DNA of 35,579 bases from Minisyncoccota bacterium (lineage in GTDB: Bacteria; Patescibacteriota; Minisyncoccia; Phycocordibacterales; SBAW01), in the NCBI GenBank assembly GCA_035628495.1, contig DASPJS010000015.1, forward strand, positions 1 through 35,579, read 5' to 3'. Under the pieces are notes generated by a model. That model was not told the DNA's origin and searched no databases. It worked only from the letters and a program-made list of their open reading frames with translations. The translations under genes were made by a program, and so were the position numbers. Below, piece after piece: positions 24,136 through 32,081 of this stretch (the first letter of the stretch is position 1; each line of letters begins with the position of its first letter).

Positions 24136-24359
24136 ACTCTATGTTCGTCATAAATAACGAATAATTTCGTCTACTTGTGTAGACTAGTATAGCGTCACAT
24201 ACCTTACATGAAGATTTTAGGAAGAGGATATTCTATATTTGGCGACAAAATCTTGGCACTGACAATCTAGGCAAGCGCCACAGTTTGGGTAGTATCCGCG
24301 GTGAAGCTCTTCCAACGTAGGAGAGCTTATTTGTTTGAGGACCGGTCAAAATAGATACG

Positions 24360-24426
24360 AGGTCGAGGTGGGCCCAAAAGCTCCAGCTTTCGCTGGTTTC
24401 CCAGGGTTTTGGGCCCGCCTCGACCT
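24360..24426. repeat. Long imperfect inverted repeat (20-bp stem, one G-U position) enclosing a nested 5-bp hairpin
   Basis: AGGTCGAGGTGGGCCCAAAA (24360-24379) pairs with TTTTGGGCCCGCCTCGACCT (24407-24426). The inner hairpin is CCAGC-TTTC-GCTGG (24383-24396). It lies in a 372-nt intergenic region between the dehydrogenase stop and the response regulator start. Confidence 0.6.
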
Positions 24427-24507
24427 TGTTCTTATATATTATAGTATATCACTAACTTTAGAGACGTGTGTAAAGAGGCCTAGTTAAGGCCTATTTTCAT
24501 GGTGTAG

Positions 24508-25794
24508 TTATCTACCGATGCCGCGGTACACGATCCCTGAAGCTATAAAGTCATCTTTTGCGAGACAATTCTTGCCATCAACAACTACAGTGACCCCGTG
24601 CTTTTTAAAATAATCAGGAGTGAGCTGCTTAAATTCTTTGTGGTTTGTCGCAATGATTGCCGCTGCGGCGCCAGTGAGTGCTTGGGTGAGTGAGCGCGCA
24701 GTTGAGCGGTTACGTACGTAGGGATCAAACGTAACCGGTTCTGCCTTGCGTCGTTCGAGTTCTTCAATGATCCGAAGCGACGGACTTTCGCGCATGTCAT
24801 CAATGTCCGCCTTGTATGCAAGTCCAAGCACAGCAATTTTTGATCCTGAAAGTATATGGCCACCTTCTCGAAGAGCGCGTTCAAGAAGCTCAACTGTGTA
24901 CACCGGCATGCTGTTGTTTATTTTTCTTGCAAGCGATAGAAAGTCATGATTAAAGCCGTTGCGCTTGCCTTCCTCGATGAGATAGTAGGGGTCAACCGGA
25001 ATGCAGTGACCGCCCACGCCACAGGAAGGGTAGTGTGCAAGGAACGCAAATGGCTTTGTCTTTGCTCCCTCAAGCACGCTCAAAATATCAATGCCGAGAC
25101 GGTCAAAGGACATCGCGAGTTCGTTAACAAACGCGATATTAACGTCGCGGAACGTGTTTTCGATAATTTTAACGGCTTCAGCCTCTTTTATTGTCTTCAT
25201 CGGCTGCACTTTTCCGCTAATGATTGATCGATAGAAAGCAACTGTTCTGTCGAGTCCCGCCTTCGTGAGCGAGCCAGCGACTCTATTGATGTTGTGGACG
25301 CCCCACTTAGGATCGCCCGGATTTACGCGCTCTGGGCAGTGAGAAAGTTCAAAATCGACCCCCGCCTTCATGCCAGAAATACGCTCAAGTATGGGGAGTA
25401 CGACGCTCTCGCATGCTCCAGGATTCACGGTTGATTCGACAATGACAAGTGTCCCCTTTTGAATATGTGGCGCAATGCTTTCGCATGCGCGGATGAGCGG
25501 TTCAAGATCAGGCGAATGGTCCTCGTGCACTGGCGTTGGCACACAAATAATAACAATCTCTGAATCCTTAACGCGAGAGAAATCGGTATCGACATCAAGT
25601 CTCGTCTTTGCGAGCTGCTTGGTTATCTCTTCATCGAAAAATGGCGAAACACCAGCATTAATACTGGCTATTTTTTTAGGATCGATATCAATACCGACGA
25701 CCTCATGACCTTTACGCGCAGCAAGAAGGGCTAAAGGAAGCCCAACGTAGCCGAGTCCGATAACTGCAACAGTAGATCCTTTTTGTTTTGGCAT
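24508..25794 (-). CDS. Nucleotide-sugar 6-dehydrogenase (UDP-GlcNAc/ManNAc/Glc dehydrogenase family)
   Basis: It has an N-terminal Rossmann motif VAVIGLGYVGLPLA and the catalytic Cys context GVGGHCIPVDP, plus a C-terminal UDP-binding domain. Confidence 0.9.
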   Translation of the reverse strand: MPKQKGSTVAVIGLGYVGLPLALLAARKGHEVVGIDIDPKKIASINAGVSPFFDEEITKQLAKTRLDVDTDFSRVKDSEIVIICVPTPVHEDHSPDLEPLIRACESIAPHIQKGTLVIVESTVNPGACESVVLPILERISGMKAGVDFELSHCPERVNPGDPKWGVHNINRVAGSLTKAGLDRTVAFYRSIISGKVQPMKTIKEAEAVKIIENTFRDVNIAFVNELAMSFDRLGIDILSVLEGAKTKPFAFLAHYPSCGVGGHCIPVDPYYLIEEGKRNGFNHDFLSLARKINNSMPVYTVELLERALREGGHILSGSKIAVLGLAYKADIDDMRESPSLRIIEELERRKAEPVTFDPYVRNRSTARSLTQALTGAAAAIIATNHKEFKQLTPDYFKKHGVTVVVDGKNCLAKDDFIASGIVYRGIGR

Positions 25795-25834
25795 GCGGAA
25801 ATAAAATCCGCTGGTTTCCCTTTACTTTTGCGGT

Positions 25835-25850
25835 GCAGTATATATACTGC
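25835..25850. promoter_or_regulatory. Perfect 16-nt palindrome in a divergent promoter region
   Basis: GCAGTATATATACTGC lies between the dehydrogenase (minus strand) and the PIG-L operon (plus strand). It contains -10-like TATATA/TATACT in both orientations. Confidence 0.4.
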
Positions 25851-25910
25851 CGCTACTGTTGCCTAGTGCTGGGAAGAGGGGGAACATGAAAGAGGATTTA
25901 CTGTCAACCC

Positions 25911-26636
25911 ATGCTCGACCTTAAGGACCAGCGACTTCTAGTTATTGCTCCGCACCCAGATGATGAAATTTTTGGATGCGGTGGTCTCATATACCGCATA
26001 AAACAAGCGGGCGGCGAAGTCTTTGTGCTGTATCTCACAGTCGGCACTACAAAGGATTATTCAAAAAACGGCGTTTCGACAAGCGATGAGCGTATAGAGG
26101 AAATAAAAAGAGTTGCAAAGTTCATGGGGTTTGATGGGTGGCGCATTGCGCTCCCGGGAAACGACTACCATCTCCAGCTTGATCATGTGCCTCAAAAAAT
26201 CCTTGCAAATGAAATAGAGCGGGGAGAAGTAGAGCGCGGAAGCACCATATCGCTCCAAGCAGTAAAGCCGACTATTCTCGCTATCCCATCGTATTTCGAT
26301 TACAACCAGGATCACCGAGCAGCAAACAAAGCAGCCACCACGGCAACGCGGCCGGTGCCGCCGAAATACAAGCACCTTCCCAATACGATTATTGAGTACG
26401 AATTTCCGTATTCCGAGTGGAGCGATGTAGAGCGTCCTTCACCCAATCTTTTCATCGATCTTGATAAAAAGGCATTGAAGGCAAAGCTCGATGCACTTAA
26501 GCTCTATAAATCGCAGCTCAAAGTGCAAAATGGGCCATTGTCTCTCTACGGTGTAGAGACTCTTGCGCGCATGCGCGGTCTCCACTCCGGTAATTCGGCA
26601 GCTGAAGCGTTCGTGATTAGGCGTCATTTCGTGTAA
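25911..26636 (+). CDS. PIG-L/LmbE family N-acetylglucosaminyl deacetylase
   Basis: LLVIAPHPDDEIFGCGG (the AHPDDE zinc motif) and a downstream NQDHR motif are present. Confidence 0.85.
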   Translation: MLDLKDQRLLVIAPHPDDEIFGCGGLIYRIKQAGGEVFVLYLTVGTTKDYSKNGVSTSDERIEEIKRVAKFMGFDGWRIALPGNDYHLQLDHVPQKILANEIERGEVERGSTISLQAVKPTILAIPSYFDYNQDHRAANKAATTATRPVPPKYKHLPNTIIEYEFPYSEWSDVERPSPNLFIDLDKKALKAKLDALKLYKSQLKVQNGPLSLYGVETLARMRGLHSGNSAAEAFVIRRHFV

Positions 26637-26644
26637 TTCTTTCT

Positions 26645-27481
26645 ATGACCCGACTGGCAGGCTACCAGCCACAATATTTCCCAAGGCTCCACTATTTTGC
26701 GCGAATTCTTAACGCGGATGTTTTTACTATCTCCGATTATCTCCAATATGTGCGCAAACATGCATACGCACACAAAGATGGTACGACGTCTCGCGGTGTT
26801 TCCTACCAGGCCCACACCCCAATCAAGACGTCGCAAGGACCTCTACTCCTGGACATCCCCGTTAAACGCGGCGGTGAGAACGGGCGACAAATGATTCACG
26901 AAGCCCCAATTGACTACGCAACAACCTGGCAGCAGAAAAATCTCAACAGTATTTATTTTCACTACCATAAGGCCCCGCAATTTTCAGCTATATTTCCAGA
27001 CCTCTCGGTAGTCATGATGCAAAAATACGAAACACTAGCTGGTTGTACCGTTGCCAGCATACTTTGGTCTCTGAGCGTTCTTTTAGAAATATGTACTCAT
27101 CGACCGAAAGGGCCAACCGTGCCGCAATTAAATAACATGCTTCCGCATGCCGACTTTAGGTTAAAAAAAGTTGCCCGACTTTCCGATAGTGATATTGCGC
27201 CACCGAATAAAGAAATCGGCAGAGATGCCAACGAGTGGATTATCGATACGTGCAAAAAAATGGGCGCGGAGGAATATTACTATGGGGGGACAAGCGCTGC
27301 AGCGTATATGGATTTCGATCGCTTAAAGAATGCGGGTATTACACTTGTTGAGCAAGACTGGCAGGGTCGTGAATACTCACAGCTTCACGGCGCGTTTATT
27401 CCCAACCTCTCTATTCTCGACCTGCTCATGAATGTTACTCCAGCCGAAGCTCGGAGTATTCTTTCCACCGCTAATCAATAG
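26645..27481 (+). CDS. WbqC-like family protein, paralog 1
   Basis: The N-terminus GYQPQYFPRLHYFARILNADVFTISDYLQY and the C-terminus IPNLSILDLLMN match the WbqC-like (PF08889-type) pattern. It starts 8 nt after the PIG-L stop. Confidence 0.75.
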   Translation: MTRLAGYQPQYFPRLHYFARILNADVFTISDYLQYVRKHAYAHKDGTTSRGVSYQAHTPIKTSQGPLLLDIPVKRGGENGRQMIHEAPIDYATTWQQKNLNSIYFHYHKAPQFSAIFPDLSVVMMQKYETLAGCTVASILWSLSVLLEICTHRPKGPTVPQLNNMLPHADFRLKKVARLSDSDIAPPNKEIGRDANEWIIDTCKKMGAEEYYYGGTSAAAYMDFDRLKNAGITLVEQDWQGREYSQLHGAFIPNLSILDLLMNVTPAEARSILSTANQ

Positions 27482-27483
27482 CT

Positions 27484-28377
27484 ATGCATGAGCTACTTGC
27501 AATTGAAGTACTGTTGTTTGACCTGTATGAATGGGGAACCCTTGGTCTCGTGCGTCTCTCCGGATATCAGCCGCAATATTTTCCGCGCCTTCATTATTTT
27601 GCGCGCATGTTCGACTCGCATATTTTTACGATTGCAGATTATCTTCAGTATGTACGCAAACATGTGTATGAGCATAAAGATGGGAGCAGATCGTCGGGCG
27701 TATCTTATCAAGCGCATGTGCCTATAAAAACGCGCGCAGGAGTAGAAACGCTTGGCATCCCAGTCCAGCGGGCACTAAATCAAACCATACGTGAAGCCAA
27801 AATAGACTACTCGACCGACTGGTACGACACGCACCTCAATATTATTCACGATAGTTATCATAAAGCGCCCAATTTCGATACTCTCTATCCTGACCTTGTC
27901 TGTCTACTCACATTTCGTCATGCATCACTGGCAGATTTAACGTGCTCATCAATTATCTGGGGACTAGCGCGGCTCTTTGAGCTTCCCGTTGGACCCAGGC
28001 GAGATAGCGCGAGCACCATAAATGCACTATTACCCATCGCACCATTTCGTCTAGAGAGATTGATTTTACTTTCAGAGCGCGTAGTTGCGCCTCCTGATAA
28101 AGAAAAGGGGCGCGACGCTAATGAGTGGCTCATTGAGCAGTGCAAAGTATTTGGTGCTGACGAATATCATTTCGGCGGAACAAGCGCACAAGCATATATG
28201 GATTTTAATCGCTTCGCCCAATCCAACATTGCGCTTTCCGAGCAAAACTGGCAGTGTCGAGAGTATCCGCAGCTCTACGGTGCATTTGTGCCTAATCTTT
28301 CCATTGTTGATTTACTAATGAATGTATCACCGAGAGAAGCGCGCGAGATTCTTCATACTCCCGCTACTCGGATCTAG
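27484..28377 (+). CDS. WbqC-like family protein, paralog 2
   Basis: It is collinear with paralog 1 over its whole length (GYQPQYFPRLHYFARMFDSHIFTIADYLQY ... VPNLSIVDLLMN). The ATG at 27484 lies 2 nt after the previous stop. An in-frame GTG at 27550 would give an N-terminus aligned with paralog 1. Confidence 0.75.
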   Translation: MHELLAIEVLLFDLYEWGTLGLVRLSGYQPQYFPRLHYFARMFDSHIFTIADYLQYVRKHVYEHKDGSRSSGVSYQAHVPIKTRAGVETLGIPVQRALNQTIREAKIDYSTDWYDTHLNIIHDSYHKAPNFDTLYPDLVCLLTFRHASLADLTCSSIIWGLARLFELPVGPRRDSASTINALLPIAPFRLERLILLSERVVAPPDKEKGRDANEWLIEQCKVFGADEYHFGGTSAQAYMDFNRFAQSNIALSEQNWQCREYPQLYGAFVPNLSIVDLLMNVSPREAREILHTPATRI

Positions 28378-28383
28378 TACACT

Positions 28384-29532
28384 ATGCGCATGCGGCCTGA
28401 CTTAAATAAACTTGTTCCTTCAAGAATTGCCGGTATCTTGCTTGTTGTTACTGCAGCGATTACGGGAGTACTACTGCATTACGGAATAATCAGCATGGCA
28501 CCATTTTTTGAGGCACAAACAGCGTCGGTTGTGACAGCGCTTCCCAGCGGCTCACTGTTGTCGAGACTGTTTCCGGACAACCAGGGCCTTCTCGCGTTCG
28601 GCTCGATACCATATTGGGATCAAGATCGAGCAGTCCGGGTATTTAAAGAAAATGTAGAGAAATTCGATATTATTTCGCTCTTTTGGTACCGACTTGAGGA
28701 GGACGGCACCATTAATCCTTATAGTGGGGCTGAAATTGATAGCTCGCTCATAGAGTATGCACATGCCAACAACGTCAAAGTGCTTGCACTTATTTCGAAT
28801 CTCCCTGAAGACGGAGACTGGGATCCGGAGCGTGTAGATGCGGTAATCGATTCGCCAGATTCTCGCGCAAGACACATTGCTGAAATAGTAGCGCTAGTAG
28901 AAGAACATAATTTTGATGGCGTAAATATTGATTACGAATTCCTGCTCAATCGCCAGAAGAATGAGTTCTCGGCGTTTATCGAAGATCTTTCCCGTGAACT
29001 TCATCTCCGCAACAAAATTGTAGCTGTGGCTATTCATGCCCACGAGCCTGGGAGCACTAAGCGCGGTCAGGATGTTCGCGCTATTGCACAGCATGCCGAC
29101 ATCCTTGCGGTAATGGCATTTGACGAGCACTGGCAAAGCGCTGCTCCCGGCCCTATAGCCTCAATAGAGTGGGTGAGAGGTGTTCTTGAGTACATTCTCT
29201 CTCGCGGTGTTGATCCAAAACGAGTGTTCTTATGCATTCCACTTTTTGGCTACGATTGGACACAGGGTATTGAGCGCGCAGACGGACTTGAATATACAGA
29301 TGTAGTGCGAGTTGCTAACCGCGAGAAAGAGGCGCTTGTGCAGTATGACGAGGGATTAGAGCAGCCGCACTTCATCTACACTGATGCTCGGGGAAATAAG
29401 CATGATGTCTGGTTTGAAAACGCACGAAGTTTTGAAGCAAAACTTGAGCTTGCAAAAGAATTGGATATAGCCGGACTTGCATTTTGGCGACTCGGCGGCG
29501 AAGACGATCGTATATACGAACTCTTAGAATAG
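28384..29532 (+). CDS. Membrane-anchored glycoside hydrolase family 18 protein (YaaH/SleL-like branch)
   Basis: An N-terminal TM helix is followed by a GH18 TIM barrel with the catalytic motif FDGVNIDYE (DxxNxDxE) and a C-terminal GLAFWRLGGED. Confidence 0.8.
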   Translation: MRMRPDLNKLVPSRIAGILLVVTAAITGVLLHYGIISMAPFFEAQTASVVTALPSGSLLSRLFPDNQGLLAFGSIPYWDQDRAVRVFKENVEKFDIISLFWYRLEEDGTINPYSGAEIDSSLIEYAHANNVKVLALISNLPEDGDWDPERVDAVIDSPDSRARHIAEIVALVEEHNFDGVNIDYEFLLNRQKNEFSAFIEDLSRELHLRNKIVAVAIHAHEPGSTKRGQDVRAIAQHADILAVMAFDEHWQSAAPGPIASIEWVRGVLEYILSRGVDPKRVFLCIPLFGYDWTQGIERADGLEYTDVVRVANREKEALVQYDEGLEQPHFIYTDARGNKHDVWFENARSFEAKLELAKELDIAGLAFWRLGGEDDRIYELLE

Positions 29533-29612
29533 CTCAGCTGACACTTCATTTGCGCTTAATAGTCCCGTTGTTTAAAATACCGGAATACAAGTTAATATCC
29601 CGAAATTTCTGT

Positions 29613-30419
29613 ATGAAAAAATGGATGCTGGTTCCCGTGCTCGCAGTATTATTAACTTCCTCATTTGCACCGCTTACGCACGCGCAAACCGCGCCCACAG
29701 GCCAACGAGTAACGCTTGCACAGCTGGGATGGCTCCAGCTCGTCGCGCACGATCTGTTTAACGTCAACCGAACTACGGGTATAGATGCAGAGAATGGCAA
29801 GCTCGATTTAAGCACCATCTTTGATCATGGCGAGGCAAATATAGTGAAGGGAGGGGAGCGTCGTAATAGCGAAAATATTGCGCTTTTCACCGTAACTATG
29901 CAGGTAGTTGGAGATTATCAGAAACTCGTGTCTCTTGGTATTGATAAAAAACTTGCGCGAAAAATTGTCGTCGCCCAATTCCACATCACGCTACGAAATG
30001 TATATAAAAGTGTGTTTGGAACTACTATGCCAATCGCGAAAATGGGCCAAGTAACTCCAACAGAGAATCTCGCATTCCGCACAATACATGATTTTCTTCC
30101 TGGAAAAATTTATGTAAATGGCGTGCTCACGCCAACGCTCGACGCTTCGCTCAAAGGTAAGACGCTCTCGGCTGTTGATCTAGAGCAATTGAGTTCACCT
30201 CTGGATGGCAAGTATGACGATGAGTTTCGCAATATTGTCTTTCCGGGCGGATCATTGGATCTTCTCGAGCGCGACAGCAGCTTTGCGCAGCAATTCAACA
30301 CGGACTACACGCTCGAATTCTTCCTTGCGGAAACTGCCGATGGGCGCTTCAACTATGGCGAGAAATCGTTTGGCTACATTAGGGAAATGTTTGCCAAGGG
30401 CATGTGGCCGACATTCTAG
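29613..30419 (+). CDS. Secreted hypothetical protein
   Basis: The Sec signal peptide is MKKWMLVPVLAVLLTSSFAPLTHA-QT. I chose the ATG at 29613 within ORF 29484..30419. I recognise no family. Confidence 0.6.
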   Translation: MKKWMLVPVLAVLLTSSFAPLTHAQTAPTGQRVTLAQLGWLQLVAHDLFNVNRTTGIDAENGKLDLSTIFDHGEANIVKGGERRNSENIALFTVTMQVVGDYQKLVSLGIDKKLARKIVVAQFHITLRNVYKSVFGTTMPIAKMGQVTPTENLAFRTIHDFLPGKIYVNGVLTPTLDASLKGKTLSAVDLEQLSSPLDGKYDDEFRNIVFPGGSLDLLERDSSFAQQFNTDYTLEFFLAETADGRFNYGEKSFGYIREMFAKGMWPTF

Positions 30420-30437
30420 AGAATTAGCAAAGAAAAC

Positions 30438-30462
30438 GCGCCGCTCCCGTGGGGAGCGGCGC
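30438..30462. terminator. Hairpin terminator between convergent genes
   Basis: GCGCCGCTCCC-gtg-GGGAGCGGCGC forms an 11-bp stem. The minus strand continues GTTTTCTTTGC. Confidence 0.75.
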
Positions 30463-30488
30463 AGCTGCGTTGGACAGTTTCGAAAGTG

Positions 30489-31019
30489 CTACTGGCCATG
30501 TCTATCTCCTTCTCCTTTGACAAGTCGAACTGTCGTAACAATTAGTCTCATCAAGACGTTTGATTGGAAAATGGAGGCATCACTCGCGCTCATTTTGTCG
30601 ATGCCAAATTCTTCAAGGACGTGGATTTGATGGCGAGTGAGCAACTGAGATGCATCGACTGGAAAATCATCTGACTTATAATAATCCACCGTCAGCCATT
30701 GGGCCTCACTATTTTTTATTGCAACGATAGTAACGTCTCGAGAAAAATACGATCCCGTATCTCTTGAAATCGCGTCAACCGTTGCTACGACAATGTAAAT
30801 GCTCCAGTCCAGCAATTCTTCTCGACGAAATATTTCGTCTGACTTTTTTACGGCATTGCGCAATTGGTCAATAAATTCGTATACAGACGCCTCTGGTCTC
30901 GGTACACTTGAGATTATCGTCTGTACGCCTTCTGGAGCTGCAAATGCCTCACTAAGTGCTTCAAGAAGGGCTCGAGTCTCCAGCTCTCCACACTCCTCAA
31001 GGATGATGTGTATACGCAT
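30489..31019 (-). CDS. Hypothetical protein (176 aa)
   Basis: It has its own promoter and terminator and no signal peptide. I recognise no family. Confidence 0.55.
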   Translation of the reverse strand: MRIHIILEECGELETRALLEALSEAFAAPEGVQTIISSVPRPEASVYEFIDQLRNAVKKSDEIFRREELLDWSIYIVVATVDAISRDTGSYFSRDVTIVAIKNSEAQWLTVDYYKSDDFPVDASQLLTRHQIHVLEEFGIDKMSASDASIFQSNVLMRLIVTTVRLVKGEGDRHGQ

Positions 31020-31073
31020 GTGTCGCCTCTCTCTGGGTATATATGAGATCGCGCCGCGATCTATCCGCGTTGG

Positions 31074-31102
31074 AGAATAAAATGCAAACCCCAGCCTGTC
31101 AA
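31074..31102 (-). promoter_or_regulatory. Sigma-70 promoter
   Basis: On the minus strand: TTGACA (31102-31097), a 17-nt spacer, then TATTCT (31079-31074). Confidence 0.6.
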
Positions 31103-31112
31103 CGTCTCTTAT

Positions 31113-31148
31113 TAATAGTAAATACGCCGCTCCATTGAGGAGCGGCGT
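31113..31148 (-). terminator. Rho-independent terminator
   Basis: ACGCCGCTCC-5 nt-GGAGCGGCGT (31124-31148) is followed on the minus strand by ATTTACTATT. Confidence 0.65.
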
Positions 31149-31171
31149 GATGAGACAATTTTTCGCGGACT

Positions 31172-31906
31172 TTAGTGCCGAATGAACTGCTGCGATTTCG
31201 GGTCAAAGGCAATCGCATCATGTGCGACGTTGTGCATGAACTTGGGATCCCGATGTGGGCGCAGTCGCTGTAGCATATTAACTCTCTCTTTCCACTCAGG
31301 AGGAAGGCAAATAATATCAAGCGGTGCGATATCCTCCCGACGAAGCTTCTGAATAAGTAATTCTGCTGTTGGGCCGAATGTTTCGCGAAGCAGCTCTTCA
31401 GTTTGCTCCATCAAATAGACTTTTATCCGAATGTTGAAGAGTCTAATGTCAAATGTCGGATCCTTTTCTGCCTCATCCGGGGGTAATTTTTCTTTACCCA
31501 CATTATTGCTCTTTTCCTGACGTGGTAGCTCAGGAGGTGGTGTTGGTCGAGGCGCTTTCTCTCGAATTTCTGGTTTGCGCCGTGGAGGATCATATAGGCC
31601 GGGGTTAAGCTCTTCGGGTGTAAAATCCGAAGGTCCGCGATATCCTCTCGGAATCCAATTCGATTTATCGATTTCATAATCAACCGACGTAAGATAGAAA
31701 AATCTACCTGCCAAGTATTCTCGAGTTGCCCATCTGCGCTTGATGTCTGTATACCGGGCAGCTATGGTGTCCGGAACGATGAGAATAAGATCCGCATCGT
31801 TTCCAATACCCTTACGTGCAATACTGCCGAAGAGTTCAACACCGTGTACTTGCGGGCAAGTCAGCAAATGCTTCGCTGCGAGTGCAGCCTGATGGATCGT
31901 CTGCAT
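31172..31906 (-). CDS. Nucleotidyltransferase-fold (Pol-beta/MNT-like) domain protein with a Pro/Lys-rich linker and a helical C-terminal domain
   Basis: VELFGSIARKGIGNDADLILIV is a GS...DxD minimal NTase motif. The central segment PPRRKPEIREKAPRPTPPPELPRQEK is low complexity. The C-terminal domain contains RDPKFMH. Confidence 0.6.
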   Translation of the reverse strand: MQTIHQAALAAKHLLTCPQVHGVELFGSIARKGIGNDADLILIVPDTIAARYTDIKRRWATREYLAGRFFYLTSVDYEIDKSNWIPRGYRGPSDFTPEELNPGLYDPPRRKPEIREKAPRPTPPPELPRQEKSNNVGKEKLPPDEAEKDPTFDIRLFNIRIKVYLMEQTEELLRETFGPTAELLIQKLRREDIAPLDIICLPPEWKERVNMLQRLRPHRDPKFMHNVAHDAIAFDPKSQQFIRH

Positions 31907-32081
31907 GTGTCTGTCTCCAAAAGAACTATGATTCTGCTAAAGTATAACAAATACACATAACGTCAAGGTGAGGTGCGAAGGATGTATTGACCACATATAT
32001 ATAGTGTGTTAATGTCCTTTAGCCTTATTTAAGGCCTTCTGGAGACCCAGGAGAGTACATCTACAGCAAAGGAGAGATTGC

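Noticed and set aside
24360-24426. The long hairpin might be a tRNA, SRP (4.5S) RNA, tmRNA or RNase P fragment.
   Set aside because: It has no cloverleaf, T-loop (GTTCRANYC) or CCA context. The apical region lacks the SRP domain IV GGAA/AGCA asymmetric-loop consensus. It is too short for tmRNA or RNase P and lacks their conserved boxes. I kept it only as an unclassified structured element.
24391-25820. The exact 12-mer CGCTGGTTTCCC occurs on both sides of the dehydrogenase gene (24391-24402 and 25809-25820), which could be a target-site duplication.
   Set aside because: In a 35.6-kb window, tens of exact 12-mer coincidences are expected by chance (about N^2/2 position pairs times 4^-12). The flanks diverge immediately on both sides, and the gene between them shows no mobile-element features.
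29484-29612. The N-terminal extension MATRRRRRSYIRTL of ORF 29484..30419 looks like a twin-arginine signal.
   Set aside because: The extension overlaps the last 49 nt of the GH18 gene. The internal ATG at 29613 yields a textbook Sec signal peptide (MKKWMLVPVLAVLLTSSFAPLTHA). No hydrophobic h-region follows the Arg run.
30205-30630. A 141-aa plus-strand ORF bridges the end of the secreted-protein gene and the start of the 176-aa gene region.
   Set aside because: It reads straight through the 11-bp-stem bidirectional terminator at 30438-30462 and overlaps two better-supported genes. Its translation is Arg/Ser-rich and non-protein-like.
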